From contig JBITNC010000001.1 of NCBI GenBank assembly GCA_050084985.1, forward strand, positions 121,892,001 through 121,956,000: a stretch of 64,000 nt of DNA. The letters are read 5' to 3'. The notes under the pieces were generated by a model. That model worked only from the letters and a program-made list of their open reading frames with translations, was not told where the DNA came from and made no database searches. Positions 52,858-64,000 of the stretch are shown one piece after another (position 1 is the stretch's first letter; each line of letters starts with the position of its first letter). This stretch comes from Nageia nagi. Its lineage: Eukaryota; Plantae; Pinophyta. The position numbers and the translations under genes were made by a program.

Positions 52858-53799
52858 TTTTATTATTTATGATTGACAGATTGAGCAATGATATTTACAA
52901 CTCTCCTGAAGAGCGTCCAGCATGGTCAACCGATGTTCTCATGAAGGCTTTTATATCTGCATGGTGAAACAAAGTTTAACTCAGTGGTAGAAAGATATGA
53001 GGTCTGTAGTAATTTACAGCATCAGTTTTGAGCCTGTGAGAATTGAATTTGATTTCAGACCGTACTAGAGGTTTATTGGAGGATATTGTCTGCTATTAAA
53101 CGTTTCTCTCAAGTCCATTGTTGAATATATAAAAGTATCTATCTTCCCTTTTTACCATGCCCTTTTTTGTTTTCCTCTCCAAAGCATTTATGCCCCCTGA
53201 ATTATGGTTGCAGGCCTGCAACCATGCGGCCACCTTTTTCCTTGTCCGTTTTTGTTCTCTCTTGCCTTTGGATTTTGAATTGTTATATTAAAAGGGAGTT
53301 TGATACATATTAGTGAGGTGTTTGACACACACGGGAAAAATGTGCATAGTATATAAAAAGGGGATTCATTTACGAAATTTAGAGGATCATGAGTGAGTTG
53401 CTAGTCATCTTCTCGCAGCTTTAGTGAAATCTCTCCGCTTATGCATTCTGTAATAATCCAATCAAATGAGTAAAACAAATGCTATTTGAATTCAACTTCA
53501 AATGTTATTAACTTTTTAACTGTTTATCAACAACATAGACTGTTGAAATGGTATTTGTATTCTTTTGCCTTAAATTTATGGCTGCAAAGATTTGAAGAAG
53601 GATCCAAAAATTATTGTTTGACTAACTAACCGACCCTTTGCGCTCTTTCCTGCCAGGCAATGTCCTTCCAACGTGATGTGTTCTCAAGGTCTCTTCTTCC
53701 AAGTATGGTAATAGCAACTGACTTACAAAACCAAAACTAGGCATTAGTCTCAAATTTGATAGCAATTTGGCACATAATGTTGATCAAAATCTGATTACG

Positions 53800-55320
53800 A
53801 TTTAGGATATGCAAAAAAAAAAGAATTTTTTAACAAGGCCTTAAACACTTTTAAGCAGATGCAATTGTCAGATGTAGAGTTAGACTCTGCAACCTTTGCC
53901 AACATTTTTTCAGCAAGGAGGTATGGACATCCATCAAAGAGTAGTTGAATTTGAACGTTGTGGTTGTGAGTGTCCTGATAGACATGTATGCAAAAATGTG
54001 AAAGAATACAATCTTGCAAATTGTATATTGTTTCATGGATTGCAATGATCGCAGGATATGCACATGCCGGATATGTTGAAAACTTGAAAGGGTCCGTGAA
54101 TTGATTGACAAAATGCTTCATCGAAATGTTGTGTCATGGACTGCAATTATCATAGAATATGCAGAAAATGGGTTTTCTAAAAAGGCTGTAGAGACTTTTA
54201 AATAGATGCAATTGTCAGGTGTAAAGTCAAACATTGCAACCTTTGACAACCTTATTTCAGCATGTGTCACCATGGGAGCTTTATAAGAAGGTATGGTTAT
54301 CCATCAAAGAGTAGATGCAAATGGTTTTTTATTGAATGTTGTGGTTTTGAGTGTCGTGATAACCATGTATGCAAAATGTAAAAATACATGAGGCTAGGGA
54401 ATTGTTTGACAGATTGATCAACATAGATTTATGAATTGCAATGATCATATGATATGAATAAAATAGGTTTTCTAAAAAGGTTTTACATGCTTTTAAGTAG
54501 ATACAATTGTTAGGTGATGCAAACATAGATTCATGGATTGCAATGATCATATGATATGAACAAAATAGGTTTTCTAAAAAGTTCTACATACTTTTAAGTA
54601 GATACAATTGTTAGGTGTCTAAACTTTGCAACCTTTATTAGCATTCTTCCTACATGTGCCATTCTAGGATTTCTAGAAGAGGGTATGGATATTCATAAAA
54701 GAGTAGATGAAAATGGATTTTCATTGAATGTTGTAGTTGTGAGTGCCTTGATAGCTATATGCAAAATGTGGAAGAATAAATAAGATGACCATCAAACCTA
54801 AATCGGTAGTGTGGATGTGTCTCCTTGATACTTGTAGATCACATAATTTAGGAATAGGGGAATTTGTGGTAATAATTCCTTTTTTTTAGAACATGAATAT
54901 GCTTCATCTTATCTTCTTCTTTTCAAATATTTATGTTGAAGTAGGTAGTTGGGATGATGTTAAAAGAGTAATGACATCGATGAAAGATAGAGGAATTAAG
55001 AAGACATGAATGTAGTTGGATTGAAGTTGACAAAAGGGTATATTGCTTTTCTTGTAAGAGACAAATCACACCCACAAACAAAGGAGATCTTTCAAACATT
55101 GGAAAAAATTTGATTTAGATGAAGGCTATAGGGTATATTCATAATACAATACTTGTGTTATGAGATGTGGAGGTGACAATCAAGAATTGCATCTCTGCCA
55201 GCATAGCAAGATGTTGGCAATCATGTTTATGTTAAAGAATTCCTTTGGAACCGTTATTAGATTTGTGAATAATCTTCAAGTATGTGATGGTTGTCATACT
55301 ACAACCAAATTTATATCAAT
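53800..55320 (+). pseudogene. PLS-class pentatricopeptide repeat (E-E+-DYW) pseudogene with the DYW C-terminus missing
   Basis: Repeated motifs KALNTFKQMQLSDV..DSATFA, LNVVVVSVLIDMYAK and NVVSWTAII.EYAENGF. E domain MTIKP..VVWMCLLDTCRSHN, ...NIYVEVGSWDDV...MKDRGIKK. E+ CSWIEV...DKSHPQTKEI. DYW HSKMLAI...NNLQVCDGCHTTTKFIS ends at 55320. Many frameshifts and missing motifs. Confidence 0.92.
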
Positions 55321-55841
55321 TGTTGAGGGATTGATATAGGTGTATGCTTTGAGGTAAAAAGAGACCTTGTTTTCATTTTATTTTTACAAAATTGTTTTAA
55401 ATATCTATACAAATAGAAAATGTTGTTGATTATTGATATAATATTTCTAGTGAATTTATGTATATTGATAGGGTATTTTGAAAGCCTTGTATTTCAATAC
55501 TAAAGAGTCATGGTACTGAAATGTTTTTAGGAATATCTACAATTGTAGAGTAAAAGCTAGAGAAGGAGGTGCAAGAATCATAAACATGAAAGTAGAAATA
55601 ATTAAGGAAGTAGAAATGAATAATAAATGTTAGAGAAAGATTTGCAAGACCACTTTCTTCTTCTTCTAACATTAATCTTAGACTATAATTTTGTTTTAAC
55701 TTTTTTGGGGGAGTGATCAAGGAAAGGGCCTTTTATTTATAGGCCAAAATCTTCCCTTGATCACCCTTTTAACTATGGTACAAAGACATGATATACTTCA
55801 CTTTTTTACCCAAGGGGCATGCTCATGAGATGGAGTGTAGG

Positions 55842-56238
55842 TGTTAAGAACCTAAAGGGGTTTTGCCCCTAATACCACATAAAAATATTGAAATACAAAA
55901 TAACCATAAACTTACAATGAATCAAGTAAAAAAAATGGAATGAGATACTCAAATTCACAATATATAATAGAATATAATAACTTTAATAAATAATAATATG
56001 AATTGCAGGTTGCTTCGAGGGGGTTTCCTCCTTAGACTCAAAATGATAAATGATTTTCCAAGATGTTCTCTTTACCTTTCTTTTACAGTTCTTTCTACCT
56101 TAATTGGTGATTTACAATCAAAATGGTGTTTCACTTTACAAAGTATGATGGTTCAATTACAATTCGATGCAAGCAAATAATTAAATTAACTATAACATAA
56201 ATAAACTTAATTAAATATTAGGATGTGGGATCTTAACA
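55842..56238 (-). repeat. 3' LTR of the Reina-like element (397 bp)
   Basis: Colinear with 61142-61575. Confidence 0.88.
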
Positions 56239-59200
56239 TGTCATTCCTCTTCAAAATAATTTTGTCTTCAAAGTTAGAAATTTGGAAACTCCTGCTAAAG
56301 TCATGTCTTTTTCCCACATTGCATCTTTAGCTGATAGCCCTCACCATTGAATCAAAACCTGGGCTATAGTGCAACAATAAAGGTTGATGGTGCACTTGTC
56401 CAGAACTCTTTAGGTTCAATCTTGATGGAACCATCATCAGTGAATTTTGGTAAGTCTAATTGAATATGAACATGCAGTCCAATTACCTTTTTCAAAGATG
56501 AAAATGAAATACAAGATGAACTTTGAAGGATATTGGTAACTCCAACTTATAAGCAACAGGTCTAATGTGTTGAACTTTGTAAGGTCCATAAAATTTTAGA
56601 GCCAATTTCTAAGGATACTTAATCATCAAGGATTTCTATCTATATGGTTGAAGGCATAGGAAATCATATCACTAGTTTGAAATTGTGTTCCACCCAATTC
56701 TGATCAACTTGTTGTTTTATGTGATGTTGACAATCCACAAATTCTCCTAAAAAAATGGAGAATATTTTCATGAGTATGTAAACCAGTATCAACTGCTTGG
56801 ACCTTTGTATTACTTGGAGATATGTTGTCATTGTGGGTGGTTCTTGACCATACAATGCTTCATATGATGTCATTTGAATAGTTGTATGGTATGAAGTGTT
56901 ATACCATCATTCTACCAAAAGAAGTCATTTTATCCAATGAATTGGTTGGGTTGATGCAAAGCAACACAAATAGGTTTCCAAGCACTTGTTAACAATTTCA
57001 TATTGTCCATAGTCTAGATTGATATGTTGAACTCATTTTGAGTTGAGTTCCTTGCAACTTGAAAATTTCTTCCAAAATTTGCTAGTGAACTAAGGGTTGC
57101 GATCACTGAATTATGGTAAATGACATACCATAAAGATTGAAGATATTATCAATAAAAAGTTAGGCCACATTGATACCTTTAAATAAATGTGCTAAAGAGC
57201 AAAAATGTGCATACTTAGACAACTGATCAATTACCACTAGAATAACATATTTACCTTGAGATTTGGGAAGACCTTCAATGAAGTCCATCGAAATATCAGT
57301 TCAAGTATGGTTTGGGATAGGTAAGGGTTAAAGTAAACCAGGAGTGCCAATTATTTCACCTTTCTATCATTGATAAACATCATATTCAATAACAAATTTC
57401 TTGATGTCTTGTTTCATTTTATCACAATAAAAATATGACTCTTTTATAGGCTTTGAGAAACTTTAAGTGTTCAATTAATGGTGCAACTTGTAATTATTAA
57501 AGTATTACTTCTCGAAAGGAGAAGTGGATGGCAATGCTATGCATCCTTTGAAGCATAAAACTCCTCTTCCAAGAGAAATTTAGTTTACTAGCAGGGTCAT
57601 TTGGAGTTGTTGAATTAATGCTTGGATTGAGTCATATTGAAAGGAATTTATGTTTCAGATCCTCTAACCATTGAGGAACTAGTAGTGAAATTGCTTGTAG
57701 TGTTTCAAGTTCCTAAAATTTATAGGAAAGATCATCGTTACCACATTCTTTGAACCCTTCTTGTATACTATTTCATAGTCATACCTTAATAGTTTTTTCA
57801 CCCACTTTTGTTGTTCAATTTTCAATTTGTTGTTCTAAAAAGTACTTCATACTATGGTGTTTGTGGGTATAAAAAATGTTGATTAATGAAGTAGGGTCTC
57901 CATTTTTAACTACATGAATTATTGCCATCATCTCATTTTCATAGGTAGATATAGCCAAATTTCAACTTGATAATGCATTACTAGTGAAAACAAAGGGTCT
58001 TCCCTCTTGCATCAAAATTGCACCCAATCCTATTCTAGAGGCATCACTCTCAATGATAAAATTTTTGAAAAAATCTGGCTTGGCTAAAACAAGAGTGGAA
58101 CACATTACCTCCTTCAATTTGTAGAAAGATTCTTCAACTGTTGGTGACCAATTAAGGCTTTTTTTTTACAATGATGTGAGTGGAGCTGCACTTTCCATAA
58201 TTCTTTACAAATTTTTGATAATAACTTATTAGGTTCCAAAAATCCTCTCAATCCCTTGAGTGATTTTGGAATAACCAATCTTGCATGTCTGCAATTTTAT
58301 GTGATCTACATTGACTCCATCTTAGAAATGATATGCCCCAAGTATTCGATCTCACACAACCCAAAGGAACTCTTAGATTTCTTTGTATATAATTGATGCT
58401 TTTGAAGTAATTGTAAGGTTTGATCTAAGTGTGTCAAATGATCCTCCTATGTTTACTGTAGATCAAAATATCATCAAATAAAACCAAAAGAAGTTTGCAA
58501 AGATGAGGGCGAAATACTTGATTTATCATAATCTAGAATGTTGAAGGAGCATTAGTAAGATAGAATGATATTACTAGAAATTCATCATGAACTTTATGCA
58601 TTCAAAAAGATATTTTTGAAATATCTTCTTCATGAAGTTGGATCTGATGATATCCTTATCATAAATCTAGTTTCAAGAAGTACTTGGTCCATGTAGCTCA
58701 TCTAGCAATTCATCAATGATGGGAATAAGAAATTTATCTTTCATAGTTACTTTATTGAGAGCCCAGAAAGTATATGCACAATCACCAAGATCCATATTTT
58801 TTTGGACTAATATGACATTTAAGAGTAAGGACTAACACTTGGCCTAAAAATCCATGCTTTCAGTATCTCCTATACTAACTTTACAATTTCATTTTTTTGC
58901 AAACAACAATAGTGGTAGGGTCAAATATTAGGTGGTTGACTATCAAGGATTAGTTGTATAGTGTGGTCTTATGGGAAGTTGAGGGTAACCCTTTTGGTTC
59001 TTCAAAAACCATCTCATGATATGCCAATAATTTTTGATAGCTCTCCTAATTCACCTCCCTCATGTGCAGTTAGTTATAGTGCAAAATAGTTGTCCTACTA
59101 TCCCATCTTTTCCTTTTGAATCAACTTCTACATCCAATAAGAACTTATAATCTATGATGGACTAACACATAGTTCAATGAGATGATATTTATGTCCTACA

Positions 59201-61141
59201 ATAGTGGAAATTTCATCCATAGTTCAAGGAAGTCCCATAATATAGGTTTCAATGTTTGCAACCATTAAACTTGTAAGACCACATCATACCCTCCTAATGG
59301 AAGTACATACATGTCACTTTGCATATGATAATCACCCATATTGAGCTTAACATTGGGACATTTCTCCTTTCAAGAAATTCTACCTCCATTTTCAATCATT
59401 ACTTCAAAATTATTTTGAGGAAATATAAAATAAATAGCCTATTTGACCACACTAGGGTAAATGAAATTTTGTGTACCTCCAAAGTCAAGTAAAATAAAGA
59501 GGGACTATTTTCTGAAATATTCACAAACCTTCATTGTTTGAGGTGTCATAATTCCTACAAGGGCATGCAAGAAATTACAAAACTTCTTTATTTGTTTCAT
59601 GTTCATTAGCTTCTTTCTTGGCAACAATCTCATCCTTTGAATCATTATAAATATCAACATTAAGCAAATTAAACCTCTATGTAGTACACCAATGATAAGG
59701 TGTGTAATTTTCATCATAATTATAGCAAAGACCCTTCACTCTAGTGCTCATTCATTTCCTTTAAATGAGTTGCTTCACTTGAAATGAATGAGTAGGTTTG
59801 GGAGCAACTTGAGGACCTTGGGGTTTATTGAATGGTTGCTTCCCCTATCTTGTTGGGTATTGAATTTGTCTTCTACTAATTTGGCCTATCCAATAGCTTG
59901 TATCATAGTGGTAGGATTAAATATTTTGACTTTACCCTGATGTCTTCCTTCAACCCATTAATGAAGTAACTCATGAAAAAAACATCATATAATCCCTTTG
60001 TGTGATTTGCAAGCTTTTCAAATTGTGTTTGGTATTCCTTCACCATTGATGTTTGCCAAAGTTTTGTAAGGGTTCCTATGAAATCTTCAAAATCACTTAG
60101 GCCAAACCTTATTAAAAAATTCTATGTAAAATCCCTACAATACAATATCCCATTAGTTTTTCAAACCATTGGTTCCACTAAATGGCCTCATGCTCTAAAT
60201 GGAAAGAAGTGATATTGACCTTCTAAGCCTCAGGAATTTATTTAGTGTAAAAAATTGTTCTACTCTATAAATTCAACTCATTGGATCCTCTCCATCAAAT
60301 ATAGGGAAATCTAGTTTCATTATTTATAGAATAATGAAGGATTGGGAGCCTCCCATATGCACCTATTATACCTACATTTGAGTATTATTCCATGAAGATT
60401 ATTGAAAACTTGTACCTAGTGTAGTTTACGATGAGTTTGGTTCTTGTGTAGCTATTTGAACTACTTTTTGTACTTGCAATAAACTCATCTGCATCAAGTT
60501 ATATTTAATGGTTAATCCCACAAGCCTCTCTACCATTTCAATAAATCTACCATTTATGTCTTGAAAATTTGATTGGAGATTGACTCCACCAAATTGAGCT
60601 TGGAGCTATTTAACCTCATGATCTAATATTTCTGGGTGGGGTCTTGAGATCTTCCCTCCATGTGAAATACAAGCTAGGTCTTTACTCAGTATTTTTAGTA
60701 ATTACTATTTTTGGAAATTGAAAAAGTGTATGGGTGCTTTATATCAAAATGATCAACTCAAAAAAATATCAGGAATACACTATGTCTTTAATTTGATGTT
60801 TTTTGGAAAAAAAATTAAATTGTTACCAAAGGTAACTAATAGGCACTCTCAAAATTTCCTAATTCTTCAAGTTTAGGAGATATTTGCGCTGGAAGTTTTT
60901 GTTATTTTGGATTTGCTATTTCGAATGACAAGTTTGAGGGTTTCTTGAGATTTTGAAAAAAATGGACAAAGTTTTGGTTAAAAAAATAGCAATTTCAAGG
61001 TTTTCACTTCGATGCGAACCTTTCAATCTAAAAAAATTGGTCCAAGTTTTGATTGAAAAAAGGTTAATTTCTAGCTTTCTAACTTGATGCGATCACATGA
61101 AAATGCCCATAGGTAGCCAAAATTGAAGCTCAAATACCACT

Positions 61142-61575
61142 TGTTAGGAACCTAGCAAAATTGAAAAAGAGTTTTATCCCTAATACTACAAGAAATACTA
61201 AAATACAAAATAGCCACAAACTTGCAATGCATAAAGTAAAGCAAATGAATGAGTACAAATTAAGAATAGATACATTGTAGTGCTTGAGAGCTTCTCTTAT
61301 AACTCAAAAATAAAATGATTTCCAATAATATAATCATAGGGCACTTTGAGGGAGCTTCATCTTACAACTCAAAAATATAATGATTTTCCAAGATGCTCTC
61401 TTTACCCCTCTTACAAGTATTATAGTACTCATACCCTAATTGGATGGTTTAGAATCAAAATAGCACTTTGCCTTACAAGTATGATGGTTCATATTACAAA
61501 TCAATGCAAGCAAATAATTAAATTAAATATAATATAAATAAACCTAAGCAAATGTTAGGATGTGGGATCCTAACA
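61142..61575 (-). repeat. 5' LTR of the Reina-like element (434 bp)
   Basis: Colinear with 55842-56238; carries an internal ~65-bp duplication at ~61280-61390. Confidence 0.88.
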
Positions 61576-62629
61576 GATAGGATAAGTTACATTATCATAT
61601 TCACTTAAATATTTAAGGTATTAGGGATACATTTAAGTATTGATGAATTTATAAGAATCTTATAAAAATTTATAATAATACATTATACATTTCAACCCTT
61701 CCACTTAATGCAATATTGAAAGAGTGAAGAAGAACTTGTAGCATTTTTAATATAGTAGACTATCAATTAATTGCCTATAAGAAGTGCCATCTATTAACTG
61801 AGAGTTGGAGCTAAAAGAAAAGTGATTTGAGGAGAGACTAGAATCTGTAGTAAATTTGCGCTCCTCTATTTAATCTTTTGCAAGATGTTTAATATATACT
61901 TATATTGATTAATATAAGTACAATTCTTGTATTAATACACTTGTATTCTAAGGTAGTAGTGTAAGAGACCAAGATCAATCATTTCAAATATTTCCTTAAG
62001 TTTAGATATGCACTCTTGGATGATTTCATCATTATTCTCAATTATCAAAAGATCATCCATGTAAAGGAGAATTAAGAACACATATTTTTCCTTAATTAAG
62101 CACATATAGATCAGACTCAAAGAAACACTTAGAGAATCCAATGTGTGTAAAGTAAGCTAAAATCTTCTTGTACCAAGTTGTGGGTGCTTGTTTAAGTCTA
62201 TACAATGACTTCTTTAGCTTGCACACAAATGAATCTTCCTTCCACAACAAACTTTTATGGTTGATTCAAGTAGATTTTCACATCTAAGTAACTATTGAGA
62301 AAAACACTCTTGACATCAAGTTGAAAAACTTTCCATCCTTAAGGTGTTGAAAGAGCATGGATTAACTGACTATGGGCATCTTTTCATGAAAGAAAAGGTT
62401 TCCTCATAATCACCTTTGTATTTTTAAGCAAAACCTTTAGCCACTAACCTTGCCTTGTATTTCTTAATATCTCAATTGAATTGTACTTGACCTTGTACAT
62501 CTATTTATTACTAATCACATTTCTTTCATTGGAATAAAGAACCAAGTCCTAAGTTTAATTTTTTATAAGTCTCATAGTCCACTTTTATGGCTTCCATCCG
62601 AACAATCAGTGCTTGACTCTTCCTTGAAT

Positions 62630-64000
62630 GATGAGGACACCCTTTTTGGGATGAAGCTATGTCCTCAAAGATTAAATTATAGAAATTATTGCTACAGCTA
62701 ATGAAGTATTTTTGATGTTGCATCTCTGATGCCATGCCTTGCCACTACATAAGGACTTCTATGATGGAGCAATTACAAAGCTATCGTGAATGTTGATCCA
62801 GAACTACCTTAGGTATGACTACCTTTGATATATCCTCTACCAAATTAGGTAATATGTTGAACCTAAACCTTTGATCCAACCACTTTCTTGATATAGAAGA
62901 CATGAAACATTGGGTGAATCTTAAAAGAATTAGGAAGCTTCAATTTGTATGCAGCTGAGCCAATGCACTGCAACATCTTGTAGGGACCATAAAACTTTGG
63001 GGCCAATTTTTAAGGGTCTTTTATTTTTAAGGATTTTTGGCGATAAGGTTGCAACCTTAGAAAGACCATGTCATCTACTTGGAACTCCTTTTGACAGTTG
63101 CTGATCAACTTGTTACTTCATACAATGTTGGGCTATCTAAAGGTTATCCTTAAGCAAATGGAGAATATATCCCAAGTAACTAATGTTTAGTCAACTACCT
63201 AAATTTATTAGTACCTGCAACATACAAGGTGACTATGGGTGGAGCTTGACCATACATTGCTTCATAGGGGGTCATCTTACTAGTAAAATGATAAGATGTA
63301 TTATACCACCAATTAGCCAAAGGAAGCCATTGTACCCAATGCATAGGTTGTGCTAATGCAAAATAGCATAAATATGTTTCCAACATTTGTTGTAATTTCA
63401 ATTTGACCATCAGTTTACGGGTGATATGCTAAGCTCATGTTTAGTTGGGTACCTTGCAACTTGAAAATGCTCTTGCCAAAAATGGCTCGTAAAAGTGGGA
63501 TCATGATCACTAACAATCATCTTTGGCATGCCATGTAGTTTAAAAGTTGTATCTAAGAATAATTATGCCACTATCACTACCTTGTAGGGATGAGCAATGA
63601 ACCAAAATGAGCATATTTGGATAACTAATCAACCACCACAGAATAATTGATTTACCATTAGATTTAGGTATGCTTTAATGAAATCCATTGAGATATTGAT
63701 CTATGTACGATTAGATATAGAAAGAGGTTGAAGGAGTCCTAGAGTACCCACTATCTCACCCTTTTGTCATTGACACACATCACAAGCTACACAAACTGCT
63801 TGATATCCAATTTCATACCTACCCAATAGAAGCTATGCCACCTACTTATAAGTTTTCAAAAATCCATCATGTCTTGATGTAGTGTGGAATGAATTTAACA
63901 AGTATTTCTAATTTACATTTTGAAGGAGATGGTAACAAAATTTGGCCTTTGAATCTCAAAATACCATCATGCCATGTGTGGTTGGTTTACTTGTAGGGTC
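62630..64000 (-). mobile_element. Second chromovirus-type gypsy: integrase plus chromodomain fragment, continuing beyond the window
   Basis: LETYLCYFA..QP.HWVQWLPLANWWYNTSYH..KMTPYEAMYG (63195-63410), LAPKFYGPY (~62980-63010), and a chromodomain remnant at ~62715-62755. Confidence 0.85.

Larger units (their letters stand above)
55842..61575 (-). mobile_element. Full-length degenerate chromovirus (Reina-like) Ty3/gypsy, 5.73 kb
   Basis: LTRs 55842-56238 and 61142-61575 (TGTTA...TAACA). Met-PBS remnant gctcaaatacca (~61128-61139) and PPT at ~56240-56252. Gag LDFPIFDGEDP, RT, RNase H ESDAS..GLGAIL, integrase, and chromodomain VLIQW*GL..KDA.WE (~56310-56370). Flanks gtagg/gatag(g) are an imperfect TSD. 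Confidence 0.9.
55321..62525 (-). mobile_element. Ty1/copia element: 3' LTR (55321-55841 plus 61576-61697, split by a gypsy insertion) and RT fragment
   Basis: TGTTGA start at 55321 and ...ttcaac end at ~61697 followed by a reverse-complement PPT remnant (cttccactt). RT motifs KYKARLVAKGF, QLDVKSVFLN, KLKKSLYRLKQAP and LLYMDDLLI (61770-62520). RNase H is absent. The RT call is firm; the LTR limits are less so. Confidence 0.75.

Noticed and set aside
52538-52860. Box C/D snoRNAs (ATGATG...CTGA motifs)
   Set aside because: No terminal stem or recognisable rRNA guide, and the CTGA is not kept in the duplicate copy. A snoRNA covariance-model scan would settle it.
53795-54550. Minus-strand ORFs as genes
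   Set aside because: Antisense shadows of the plus-strand PPR pseudogene.

Overview
Eukaryotic plant nuclear DNA, probably gymnosperm (inferred from the PPR motif style and the strong CG/CHG depletion). It is AT-rich and mostly decayed transposons. In order: (i) the 5' half of a minus-strand Tat-lineage Ty3/gypsy element with its 5' LTR and PBS (1-8833); (ii) heavily eroded TE fragments (8.8-16.9 kb); (iii) a structurally complete 19.1-kb minus-strand Tat/Ogre-type element (16934-36028) with paired LTRs, PBS, PPT and a near-perfect TSD, carrying an antisense Plant Mobile Domain pseudo-ORF, a 35-bp array and a nested solo LTR; (iv) an ~11-kb L1 LINE whose RT/C-terminal 2.4 kb is tandemly triplicated; (v) the only intact host gene seen, a two-exon Em-like group 1 LEA gene (48485-48810) that the ORF track misses; (vi) a CpG-retaining promoter-like island with splice signals leading into a PLS-E-DYW PPR pseudogene; (vii) a nest in which a Copia cuts the DYW domain, a Reina-like chromovirus sits in the Copia LTR, and a second chromovirus interrupts the Copia. 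No prokaryotic features, CRISPR arrays, rRNA or tRNA genes were seen. I found no clearly new biological system. The best leads are the antisense PMD cargo, a LINE-borne G-box/RY module upstream of the Em gene, and a possible spliced non-coding PPR-derived transcript. All calls come from manual reading, without alignments or database searches.
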